A stretch of DNA of 64,000 bases from Amphiscolops sp. MND2022 (taxonomy: Eukaryota): positions 26,660,001 to 26,724,000 of the forward strand of contig OZ076421.1 of assembly GCA_964187785.1 (NCBI GenBank), written 5' to 3'. Made by a program: the position numbers and the translations under genes. The notes under the pieces are model-generated. The model worked only from the letters and a program-made list of their open reading frames with translations. It had not been told where the DNA came from and ran no database searches. This document shows, piece after piece, positions 36,801-48,738 of this stretch (position 1 is the stretch's first letter; each line of letters begins with the position of its first letter).

Positions 36801-39800
36801 CGTTGAAAAACTTGGTTGTAAAATATGGAAGTCTACTTAAATAAAGTTGGTATTTTGTGTATATTTTTTCCCGAGTCTTTTGATACATGAAATTCCCGGA
36901 AATTTTTTTTTCGGTTCGTTGATGTTATATATCAATGGTAAAACATCACTTCAACTAACAATCTAATTTACAACGTAAATCAGATAAGGTTCAAAGAATA
37001 CCCAATGTTACTTATAACGCAAAAACCAAGTAGAAAAAATCTATTTGATCATGTAAGGTGAGAATTAAACAAAGTAGCTATTGAGACAGAAGAGAATTGG
37101 AAAAACACCTGAATGAATTAAAAGATTCAATAAGTAAAGCAACTGCACGCTGGTTTTAGAGGTGATTAGTTGCCTAAATCTTCAATACCCTTCTCCATTG
37201 ACATCCATGCCGTCAGTATCAGCGTGCTTGTTGAGGGAAATCTGTGGAAGAGACATAACATAACCATTGTAAAATATTTACAATGTTGAAATGTAGCAGA
37301 CTACTTGCGTTACCGCTGCGTTTAAGCCCGGCTAATAAAATGCGAGAAAGCAAAAACAAAAGCAATTGTTTCAAAACGATTCGAAAGATGTTATAAACAA
37401 ATCAGAGGGCGAGTATAACAAATGACCCTCAACTATGATAACCCCTATCTTACCTTTGAGCCCAAGATCAACACTGCGCCTGAGATTTCTACAAAATCAG
37501 TTCGTAGGGCCATGTTGAATCCTTTAATAGCTTTGATGCAGGTTCTTCTTTGCGGACTGGTTATAAAAATGACCTCGATGCCTAAAATTACGAGTTCGCC
37601 CCTTATTGCTACCAAAAACCAAATAAACTCAACGAATTGCAACACTAGTCTTTGGACATAAATGAAAACTAGTAAAAGAACTTTATCAACTAACTCGAAA
37701 ATTAAAAACAGTCTCCTCCGCCGTCCTCAATACACGCCTGGACTTTGGTTTGAAACTAGCATCGTTCCCTCCGCATAAAACTACCACACGCTCTTAGAGC
37801 ATCAGTTGAAATCTCCTGTGGCGTTCCAAGAGATTAGTTGTTGTAAGCCCTCCTGCACCACATAAGATGCAGTCGTCAAAGAGAAACGTTCAGATAAGCA
37901 CCTCACATAGCTCTCTCTAATAATTAGAGTAGTCATAATCCTAACATGTGAACCAGATAAACTACCTCGCAAGTTGAAGGTTACCTCCATAAATTCAAAT
38001 ATCAAGGGAAACTTCTCTTGGTGTGTATGTGATTCCGCAATATTGAGTTTCAATAAAAAGACGTGTTGATCGACAGTCAAACCCTACTTAAAGAAGCGAG
38101 TGAAATTACTTATGATTTGATGATCGTGAAGACTTTTGCAAGTTACCTGCCCAAAACGTTCGCAGTTTCGACAGAACAGTCTCGAAATTCAATAATCACA
38201 AAGTTTAAACATGTTCATAATAAACCTTAGATAGCGTTGAAAAAACTTGGTTGTAAAATATGGAAATCTGAATAAATAAAACTGGTCTATCGTGTATATA
38301 TTTTCTGGAGACTTTTGATACATGAAATTCCCAGAAAAATTTTTTTCGGTTCGTGGATGTTGTATATCAATGGTGAAACATCACTTCAACTAACAATCTG
38401 ATTTACAACGCAAATCATATAAGGTTCAAAGAATACCCAATGTTATGTATAACGCAGAAACCAAGTAGAAAAAAATCAATTCGATCATGTAAGGTGAGAA
38501 ATAAAGAAAGCAATCATTGAGTCAGAGAATTGGCAAAACACCTGAATGAATTAAAAGATTCAATTACTAAAGAAAATGCAGGCTGGTTTTGAAGGTGATT
38601 AGTTGCATAAATCGTCAATACCCTTCTCCATTGACATGCAAGCCGTCAGTATCAGCGTGCTTGTTGAGGGAAATCTGTGGAAAAGACATAACATAACCAT
38701 TGTAAAAATTTTACAACGTTGAAAGGTAGCAGACTACTTGTGTTACCGCTGCGTTTAAGCCCGGCTAATAAAATGGGACAAAGCAAAAACAAAAGCGATT
38801 GTTTCAAAACGATTGGAAAGATGTTATGATTAAATCAGAATGCGAGTAAAACAAATGACACTCAACTATGATAATCCCTTATCTTACCTTTGAGCCCAAG
38901 ATCAAGACTGCGCATGGGATTACTACAAAATCAGTTCGTAGGGCCATGTTGAATCCTTTAATAGCTTTGATGCAGGTCCTTCTTTGCGGACTGGTTATCA
39001 AAATGACCTCGATGCCTAAAATTACAAGTTCACCCTCATTGCTGCCGAAAACCAAATAAACTCAACGAATTGCAACACTAGTCTTAGGACATAAATGAAA
39101 ACTAACATATGAACATTTTCAACTAACTCGAAATTAAAAACAGGTTCTTCCACCGTCCTCAATACTTAGCAGGACTTTGGATTGAAACTAGCATCGTTCC
39201 TTCCGCATAAAACTACCACGCGCTCTGAGAGCATCATTTGGAATCTCCTGTGGCGTTCCAAGAGATTAGTTGTTGTAAGCCCTCCTGCACCACGTATGAT
39301 GTAGTTGTCTTCAAAGAAAATGTTCTGATAAGCGCCTCACATGGCTGTCTTCAAAAATTAGAGTAGTCATAATCCTAACTTGTGAACAAGATAAACTACA
39401 TCGCAAGTTGAAGGTTTCCTCCATAAATGCAAATATCAAGGCAATCTTCTCTTTGTGTGTATGTGATTTCGCAAATTTGAGTGTTAATAAAGAGACGTGT
39501 TGATCGACAGTCAAACCCTACTTAAAGAAGCGAGTGAAAGTACTTATGATCTGATGATTGTGAAGACTTTTGCAAGTTACCTGCCCAAAACGTTCGCAGT
39601 TTCAACAGAACAGTCTCGAAAGTCAATAATCACAAAATTTAAACATGTTCATAATAAACCTCAGATAGCGTTGAAAAAACTTGGTTGTAAAATATGGAAA
39701 TTTAATTAAATAAAGTTGGTTTAATGTGCATATATTTTCTCGAAACTTTTGATACTTGAAATTCCCAGAAAAGTTTTTTTTTCGATTAGTTGATGCTATA

Positions 39801-42059
39801 AATCAATGGTAAAACATCACTTCAACTAACAATCTAATTTACAACGTAAATCAGATAAAGTTCAAAGAATACCCAATGATATGTAAAACGCAAAAAGCAA
39901 GTAGAAAAAATCTATTCGATCATGTAAGGTGAGAACTAAACAAAGCAACTATTGAGACAAGAGAACTGGCAAAACACCTGAACGAATTAAAAGATTCAAT
40001 AACTGAAGCCGATGGCTGGTTTTAGAGCCGATTAGTTGCATAAATCGTCAATACCCTTCTCCATTGACATGCATACCGTCAGTATCAGCGTGCTTGCTGA
40101 AGGAAATCTGTGGAAAAGACATAACATAACCATTGTAAAAATAATACAACGTTGAAAGGTAGCAGACTACTTGTGTTACCGCTGTGTTTAAGCCCGGCTA
40201 TCAAAATGTGACAAAGCAAAAACAAAAACGATTGTTTCAAAACGGTTCGAAAGATGTTATATACAAATCAGAAGGCGAGTATAACAAAGGCCCCTCAACT
40301 ATGATAATCCCCTATCTTACCTTTGAGCCCAAGATCAAGACTGCGCCTAGGATTTCTGCAAAATCAGTTCGTAGGGCCATGTTGAATCCTTTAATAGCTT
40401 TGATCCAGGTCCTTCTTTGCGGACTGGTTATAAAAATGACCTCGATGCCTAAAATTACGAGTTCGCCCCTTATTGCTACCAAAAACCAAATAAACTCAAC
40501 GAATTGCAACACTAGTCTTTGGACATAAATGAAAACTAGTAAAAGAACTTTATCAACTAACTCGAAAATTAAAAACAGTCTCCTCCGCCGTCCTCAATAC
40601 ACGCCTGGACTTTGGTTTGAAACTAGCATCGTTCCCTCCGCATAAAACTACCACACGCTCTTAGAGCATCAGTTGAAATCTCCTGTGGCGTTCCAAGAGA
40701 TTAGTTGTTGTAAGCCCTCCTGCACCACATAAGATGCAGTCGTCAAAGAGAAACGTTCAGATAAGCACCTCACATAGCTCTCTCCAATAATTAGAATAGT
40801 CATAATCCTAACACGTGAACCAGATAAATTACTTCGCAAGTTGAAGGTTACCAGCATTAATGCAAAGATCAAGGGATACTTCTCTTTGTGTGTGTGTGTG
40901 ATTTCGCAACTTTGAATGTTAATAAAGAGACGTGGTATTCTACTGTCAAATCCTACTAAAACAAGCAAGTGAAAGTACTTATGATCTGATATTCATCCAA
41001 GATTTTTGCAAGTTACTTGCGCTAAACTTTCGCAGCTTTGACAAAATTGTCTCAGAAATCATCGAACACTAACTTTTAAAAAGTTCATAATAGATCTTAG
41101 ACAGCCTTGAAAAGAATTGGTTCTAAAAAATGGATCTTTAATTCCATAAACTGTATATAATGGGTATTCGTTTTCTCGAGACTTTTGATACATGAAATTC
41201 CCAGAAATTGTTTTTCGATTCGTTGATGCTATAAATCAATGGTAAAACATCACTTCAACGAACAATCTAAGTTACAACGTAAATCCGATAAGATTCAAAC
41301 ATTACCCAATATTATGTTTACGGAAGACCAAGTAGAAAAAACTCGATTCGATGATGTGATGTAAGGTGAGAACCAAACCAAGCAACTATTGAGAGAGAGG
41401 AGAATTGACAAAACACCTCAATGAAGTAAAAGACTCAATAACTAAAGCAAATGCAGGCTGGTTTTGGGGTGATTAGTTGCATAAATCGTCACTACCCTTC
41501 TCCATTGACATGCATGCCGTCAGTATCAGCGTGCTTGTTGAGGGAAATCTGTGGAAAAGACATAACATAACCAATATAATAATTATACAACGTTGAAAGG
41601 TAACGGACTAATTGTGTTACAGCTGCGTTGAAAACCGGCTATTAGAATGTGACTAAGCTAAAACAGAAGATATAATTTCCAGACGATTCGAAAGATGTTA
41701 TGATTAACAGATCAGAAGGCGAGTATAACAATCGACCCTCAACAATGACAGCCCCTATCTTACTTATGACCCCAAGCTCAAGACTGCCCCTGGGGTTTCA
41801 GCAAATTCAGTTTGGTGGGCCATGTTGAATCCTTTAATAGCTTGGATGCAGGTCCTTTTTTAAGGACTGGTTACCAAAATGACCTCGATGCCTAAAATTA
41901 CAAGTTCACCCCTCATTGCTACCAAAAACCAAATGAGCCCAAAGAAATGCAACACTAGTCTTATGATTAAAACAATAGTCTATAGGTATCAGTTCCAGAG
42001 ATGTAAGTGAATCCAATTTAAAGAGTAAAATTGGTATGTCTAATGTAATTGTAGTTAAA

Positions 42060-42438
42060 GGCGGCCGAATAAATTCATTCTCAGCGCGTGATAAAATCCA
42101 TTCTGAACGCGCGATTAAATTCATTCTCAAATTTGATTGTACAAATACATAATCCAAATAATAGTACATGTAAACAAAATAGCGTCAATCGAACATTACG
42201 ATAACGTAGTCAGCTATGGTCACATACCTCTAGGGCCCTAAATGCAGGAGCGAAGCGAAATGGAGCGACTTGCCATATGGCCCTGCCTCAATGTTGCTAC
42301 TTGGCGAAGGGAGCGAAGCAACCGAGCCATACAACATATATGCTAACCTCTTCAAAGAAATCAATTCATTTATTGAATTTACTTGGTCGGCTTAGTGAAC
42401 CGTCGGTTTAGTCAACCGTCGGCTTGGTGCACCGCCCC
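42060..42438. mobile_element. Second copy of the MITE, opposite orientation to 10540-10966
   Basis: Reverse complement of about 10545-10940, ending TCGGCTTGGTGCACCGCCCC. The other TIR is truncated. Confidence 0.75.
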
Positions 42439-43399
42439 TATGCAGATTACAGTAACCCGGGACTTCAATTAAAATAACACGTGTCTTCTACTTAAATAGA
42501 GGTGTTCTTTATCGTCATTGGAGATATATCGTAACTTGTCTCAAACTTTTGATACATTTTTTACCACATCAAATAGTTATCTTGTTCTATCTCGAAGTCA
42601 ATATCATTTCAATCCCGTTTTTATTATAGTAGCTTTCCACAGAAAAACGCCCTTTAAAATGTACCTTCGCGTGTCGTAGTCTGAATTTAACTCAGAATTC
42701 CGCCGCAGATTTGATTGTCCTTACTTCACAATGAGTAGAAGATACGTAAGCTCAAATGTGTGATGACAATAATGAACATATCTCTTTGTCATGACACAAT
42801 CTCAACTCGAATTTCTTCAGTGCTAAAATGAATCGCATAGCGTGTAACGAAAATAGCATAGCGCATAACGAAAGCACAGCGTGTTTAAGCATATGAAAAG
42901 AAAAAAATACGTTTATTTTGTTCCAAAAGTAACTATGCAATATATGACGAATTAAGTGTGAGATACACACATCGTGTATTTCCCATCAAAACCGCGACAG
43001 AGGATTACTTGAGGAATCACATGTCGTGTGTCTCATTCGTTTAAATTCTTTATTTTACGAAACTAGATGAGCAACCAAGTATGTCTCCTAGTTTTTCAGG
43101 CATCATTGTTCAACAACAGAAATAATGGCGACTGGTTTCATAAAATCAGGTAAGCCACTCGAACAAAGGAAGATGGAGATCGAACGAAACTTTTGTTGCC
43201 AAGTACAACGAACTATTTTGTGATGAGGTAGCCTTGCCACGACGGTACATTACAAAGTGCGTATTACTGTACACTACTCTTGGCTTGAAAAAAAATGAAT
43301 TACGTCAAGCAAACTCGTGGAAATGCATCAAAGTTCAGGCAAATTGAAGTGACTTCATACGACAGCTTTATTGTGTTGGGTATCGAGGGAAACACAGTA

Positions 43400-44240
43400 T
43401 GTTTTGCTTATGTACACAATGACATCAGATGAAACGAGGCGGCAAATATGCAGCTCCAGGAACGCCTGTGTGGTTGTTGGTGCGGGAAAGTCATTGGTTT
43501 CCTGGAAAAGGCAGCTGTCTTTTTTGACTTCGTAGCAGCTAATTTCATGGTCGTGCAGGCGGTGCCTAAAGACATCGTTTGTACTGGGAGACTATGTGAC
43601 GCGCAGGGTCCCTCTAACAACTGTGGTGGCTTTAGCGGTCCTTCGCAAAAATACTGGGCCTTGTCTCTCACTGTTCAATGTGACGAGCTGTTGTTGCAAT
43701 AATCAAACTGTCTGAGCAACTATGGAGCGATCAAATTGATGCTCATCACATGGACGACTGTGTTGCTGTTTTAGCTGCAGCTGTTTACGGTAATAAAAAA
43801 ATTAGAGTGATTGGTTGGTTTAAACCATCGCAAGACGACGACGGAGTTGCTGTCGGTAATTTTTCATACCACATTTGTCTACTGCTGCCAAACAGTGAAC
43901 TGACAGACTATTATCAGCAATCACTTTTGTATGGTGCTAGGGCTGTGGAATATGCAGGTGATAATGCAAGCACCGGATTTTCACCAGAAACTATCGATTT
44001 CCCAAACTTGGATTCCATGACTTATTCAGCTGATTTATCTTCTACACTCCGTGACCATATAGCGCCCCTTCACACCTTGACGGAGAAGAGAATACTCCAA
44101 CAAATGAAACGTAATCAGATACTATGTGAAACTTTTGGTAACTCGTATCGAGTGCCATTCTTTTATTTCCAAAGATTTAGTGTGCTTTTACAACTATACA
44201 GCAGTACGCAAAACCTATACGAAATTAATTGCTCTCCGGT
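43400..44240 (+). pseudogene. Coding relic of unknown Cys-rich protein, copy 1
   Basis: GKVIGF..VVQAVPKDIVCTGRLCDAQ..KYWAL..QCDEL and LWSDQIDAHHMDDCVAVLAAAVYGNKKIRVIGWFKP lie in overlapping ORFs 43448-43702 and 43750-44244. Confidence 0.45.
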
Positions 44241-45619
44241 GTAAAGGTAAAATTTTCTTCTACGTAGTAGTTTGTTTCATAGCAGAACATAGTTTTGACA
44301 TTAAAATAATGAGATTTTTGTTTCGTGTTCTGCCTTTGAATAAATTTATAAAAATTTAATGTACTGAACGATTGAAATAAATGATACTTTGTAAAAAACT
44401 AAAAATGAATGACGTTAACAATTGATAATTATCATTTCTGTTTTATTGTTCAATCAACGACGTTCCTATAGTATTTCGGCTTTTACCGATACTAGACCCT
44501 TAGAGAAATTGCAGTCAAATTGTTTGCATTAGGCTGTTGCGTAAATTTTGTCCTCCCAGAAAAAAAAACGATTTAGCGAGAAAACTACACACTGTCGGCT
44601 CTGTCCTCTTTATTGAGACGTTTTAAATGATTGCGTTCAGATTCACTATGGTATCACAAAGTGTTCTTCATAATTATATGTTTATTTCATTGAGATAAAA
44701 GACGATTATCAAACCAGTGAAGACATTGGTCACTTATTGTCACCTTAGTGACTCTAAATGACATTTTTTCCAATCTTTAGTTTTTGATGCACATCAGGTT
44801 AGATATGGGAACTAAGATAAAGTAACGGTTGTCATAGCGCTTTCCAAGTTTTGGAGTAATGCTATATTTCTGTTGCGATTACCAAAATTGTTCCATCCGA
44901 AGTCATTATTTAACATTAGCACAACCTATAGATTATCAAATAGACTCTGCAAAGATTAGTTGCTTATTTAAAAATGTGCGACCGAATGTTTCGTTGAAAT
45001 AAGTTGGGCACAGGTGTATGGACAGATAATTTTAACTATTATTTCTCAGTCCTTTGCTTCTATTGTTGTTTTCATAACCTAAAAGTCTTCTGAGCTTTGA
45101 GGGAAAATATAAGGTCTCTAACTTCTTTTATACATCAACGACAACAAAAAATAAAAGATATCCACAATGTCATGTATGCCTACGTTCTGTTGAAATGGAG
45201 TAACTAATGTCTTTGGGTAAAACTGACAAGCCTGTTTATATTACACTAAGACGATCACAATTTTCTCATTAAATCAATTGGCAGTCACAAAATTGTTATA
45301 TAGGAATCGGCGTAACTTACAAAGTTAAGAACAATTCATTGGCATTTCATTAAAGTTCAAGTGCAAATCAACGCAATTAATTGTTTCCTCCTGAAACGAA
45401 CAATTGTGTCTTTTTTGTGTATTAGGTCTGCTGTATATAAACAAAATAATTATTTTGTAGCAAAATCACATTTATTTGATTCTATTCTTCAACATATCGT
45501 ACATGGTTTAAATATTGTGTGATACGTGAGAATTGTCATCCTTTGACGCTATGAAGTAACATGCAACTACAGGATTTTTGTGTTGGTCATCGAAGGTAGG
45601 CACCATGTTTTCCTGATGT

Positions 45620-46400
45620 TCACCATGACGTCAAAAGCGATGCGGCGCTTGTTCAGCTTCTACAAACTTATAGATCCGGTACCGCCGGTGTTATTGTTGT
45701 GCCGGAAGGTCATTGGTTTCCTTCAAAAATTCCGATATATAAAAACTGTCGAACTTTCAACAACAACAACCAAAAATAGCATACTCAAGTCACAAATGGC
45801 GATTATTCAATTGGAAGACACGTATCGTTTGACTACGTTGCAACTAATTTTACGATCGTAAGGACAACTTGCGTACCTGAATAATTTATCATGCACAGGG
45901 TCCTTGTACCAACTGTGGTTTACTGAGAGAGTTGACGGAAAAATAATTGGCATAGAGGCGACTGCATTCACTTGTACAAAAGCTACAAAGTTCTTTGTTG
46001 CAACTATCAAACGGTCGGAGCCACTATGCAGTGATCAAATGGATAAATATCACATGGTGACTGTCTTGCACCTTCAGCAGCAGCTGTTGACTGCAATCAA
46101 AAGTTTAGACTGATTGGTTCGTTTAAAACTTTGCAATACTACGACAGTCGTCCACATTTTTCTGCCACATTTGTCTACTGTTGCCAAATATTGAACTAGA
46201 CGGTTATCATCAATTACTGAAGGATGATTCTAGATCTATGGACATTCTGTGATAGTGCAAGCACAAGATTTTCACCAGATAGTGTCGTATCGCCAGTGCT
46301 TGTTCCGCGATCTTGGAATACTTGAGCTTTTTTAATGCGATCTCCTAATCACAGTGACCATTTTTCACTCCTTCACAACTTTGATGCAGACGACATTGTT
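45620..46400 (+). pseudogene. Diverged paralog of the 43400-44240 relic, copy 2
   Basis: Collinear DNA similarity (GGAAGGTCATTGGTTTCC; GATCAAATGGAT..CACATGG; GATTGGTT.GTTTAAA; ATTTGTCTACTG.TGCCAAA; GATTTTCACCAGA). More degraded than copy 1. Confidence 0.5.
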
Positions 46401-46722
46401 CCGCTACTTGAAAAAGTAGCAATTACAAGGAAACACTATTGGTCACTTGTTTTGTGTGTCATTTTTTCTTCTCATACATTAGTGTGCTTTTCAAACAATC
46501 CTGCATTACTCAAAACTCATGTTAATTGGTTTCCGCTTTTAAGTTGAAACCTCTTTCTACGCTGTTCTTGGTTTCCTGGCAGAATATATTTAATACTGAT
46601 TTTGATTTCAGATCATTTGCATTGTTATTTTCCGACCCCAGATTTTAAAAATGGGGGAGGAAAATCATGATCTGTGACTTTTTTTTCCAGATTGCCAAAT
46701 CTCCACAATCTTCACCTTTTGA

Positions 46723-46770
46723 TTACTTGACTATTTTATATAGTTACTAGTAACTAAAATAGTCAAGTAA
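46723..46770. other. Long hairpin with 22-bp arms and a 4-nt bulge
   Basis: TTACTTGACTATTTT[ATAT]AGTTACT pairs with AGTAACTAAAATAGTCAAGTAA. It is followed by several AATAAGATCTAAA repeats (46790-46905). Confidence 0.8.
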
Positions 46771-46927
46771 CTGAAATAGCATACAGCGGGAACAATATCT
46801 AAAGTCAAAAAAGGGAAAAAAATCTAAAGGGAATAAGATCTAAAATTTCAGGGCGGGAATAAGATCCAAAAGGAATAAGATCTAAAATCACTAAATTATA
46901 GATCTCATTCTTTAGCTCCTATTCCCC

Positions 46928-47695
46928 AGTTCGGAACACGAATAAAATAATCATTCTTTCATAGTAAACTTGAAAGAGTAGTAACTCGGATGACTCTTAC
47001 GTAACCGTTCTCTTTGAAGTTCAGAGGTCTTTAACGGTCATTCGGGTTTCGTGCTTTGCTTTTGCATTGATAAAAAGGTTTTGCGTTTCGTGTGTACCAA
47101 CGAAGGTACCATTTTGATCGTTCGTGCTCTTTTTGGGATCTACGCTTACAGTCGCCTACTGAACCCGGTTCTCGTTAGTTTTCGGATATAGATTGAACGT
47201 TTGTCGATCCATGTCAATCACTTGAATGACATTTCAACAATCTTCATAGTGAAGTTCCTTCAGTTCAAACGTTACGTAATTTGATTCAAGTTACGTAAGA
47301 GCTGATTCAACTTGCGTTACTTTTTTTACCGGTTTTAATTTATAAGTCAAGGAAAGAGTTCCTTCCCAGACAACGACTTGTCTGGTACTTGCTAAAGTAA
47401 CTTAAACGTTTTGTGAATCCTTCCTAAGACATTTAGAGTTTAAATAACTTGGGAAACAAGCACTCCTCGGGCAACAGTAAATTTTCACTGCTAGTTGCTG
47501 GTTCCTTTATGAGCTGTAATCTTGTAACCAAGCCATAATTCCCATTCCTATTAACTTTTGACTTAATCTTCAATGTAAACCAACTTTGCTTTATACTTGA
47601 ACAACTAATCAATTAATTCTTCAATTCATTCCTCAGCCGTTGATGCTCCAAAGTTAACAGCCACAAACCCCCCTGTGTGCACGCGGGCACAAATA
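46928..47695 (+). repeat. BEL/Pao 5' LTR (termini mutated to AG...TA)
   Basis: Aligns with 57545-58390 end to end (about 90% by eye). Confidence 0.92.
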
Positions 47696-48074
47696 TACTC
47701 TACCAACTGAGGTTCGCTTTCTTTTCTGGCTGTCTGGAGGAGTGACCGTTGTGAAGTAGTGATCGGAAAAACACTTTCGTTTGGTGGAGGACGTCAGGTT
47801 CTGGTTCCTTGGACTGGCCTTTTGTTTCTGGGTGGAGCACGTCAACTGTACTGCTGGAGTATTCAGTCCTTTCAACCTTTCGTAGTTCCTCTCCTTATTA
47901 ATTATCAGCAACTCCATCGTCGCAGTGTTGTTCGTCGCTGTAACGAGTTGGTGTTCGTCGCAGTAACGACATGGGTTTGCGTCGCAGAAACGATGATAAG
48001 GAATGCAGTTGCCCGTTCAAGGGTCGTGAGTTGTGAACTTTGAACTTTGTTTTTGGCATCAGCTCCATTTTTTA

Positions 48075-48738
48075 GTCGGTGCTTCATGAAGTGAAACGCG
48101 ACTATTATAGTGACTCTTTTTTTCAATTCACACGAACTGACCAAAATAGTTCTTGAAAGTTCTACAAAATATTATGGTGTCAAATTGCACCATTTGGCCC
48201 AACGAACTGGACCAATATGGTTTTACCTGTTTTTCCGCGTAACATACCATACCGGGCGAGACCAAAGAGTCCCCCCCCCTTTCAATTTTTTTCGGCACTG
48301 CGAGACATTTTTTCGGAATTTTTTTCAAGAATTTTTTTCCTCAAAGGGACCCCCCTGCATTTTTTTGATGTTTTGCGACAGAATGGATGTTGGAAAATCC
48401 CAAAGGGTTCCTCCTTTCAGTTTTTTTCGGCATTGTGAGATTTTTTCCCGAAAATGAAAAAAAAATTTCATTCAATTTTTTCATGTTTTGCGACAGAATG
48501 GATGTTGAAAAACCTCAAAGGGTCCCCCTTTCAGTTTTTCGGCATTGTGAGACGTTAGCGCGCCAAGGGCTCGCGCTAGCGAGCCCCGGCGCGCCACTCG
48601 ATCCATTTTTTTAATATGTAATTTTTTCAAAAAAAATTTCCGAAAAATTTTCGATTTTCGACTACTGTAAAAGAATACTTGACAATTGGAAGTCTTTTTG
48701 CTGTTTTTGAGCCTTGGATATGGCGCCGACTTGTTTAT
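48075..48738 (-). mobile_element. HINE/DINE-1-like copy nested in the Pao leader
   Basis: Both family termini appear in reverse orientation (TAGTCGGTGCTT..GACTATTATAGTGAC; GATATGGCGCCGACTTGTT). Body motifs AAAGGGTCCCCC and TTTTCGGCATTGTGAGA. GC-rich hairpin at 48558-48594. Confidence 0.6.

Larger units (their letters stand above)
20980..41965 (-). repeat. Tandem array (macrosatellite) of about 13 units of ~1.44 kb
   Basis: The landmark ATGACCCTCAACTATGATAATCCC recurs near 22360, 25910, 27347, 28789, 30232, 31675, 33111, 34548, 35984, 37422, 38855, 40288 and 41731. Spacing is 1433-1443 bp except across the Tc1 insertion. Confidence 0.97.

Noticed and set aside
25923-40528. Repeated plus-strand ORFs (MIIPYLTFEPK..., MTLNYDNPY...) as a family of small proteins
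   Set aside because: They are antisense shadows of exon 4 of the minus-strand SGNH gene. Their starts and stops vary between units and they carry no recognisable motif.
20980-41965. Alternative genetic code (TGA = Cys, Euplotes-like) to explain conserved TGA codons in the array gene
   Set aside because: The host exon of more than 620 codons and the 333-aa transposase contain Cys residues but no in-frame TGA, so the standard code fits.
10540-42438. Inverted ~400-bp repeats at 10.5 kb and 42.1 kb as TIRs of one 32-kb giant transposon
   Set aside because: The left copy has both of its own termini (GGGAGCGG...CCGCTCCC), a third fragment lies at 20314, and no shared TSD is visible. These are independent MITE copies.
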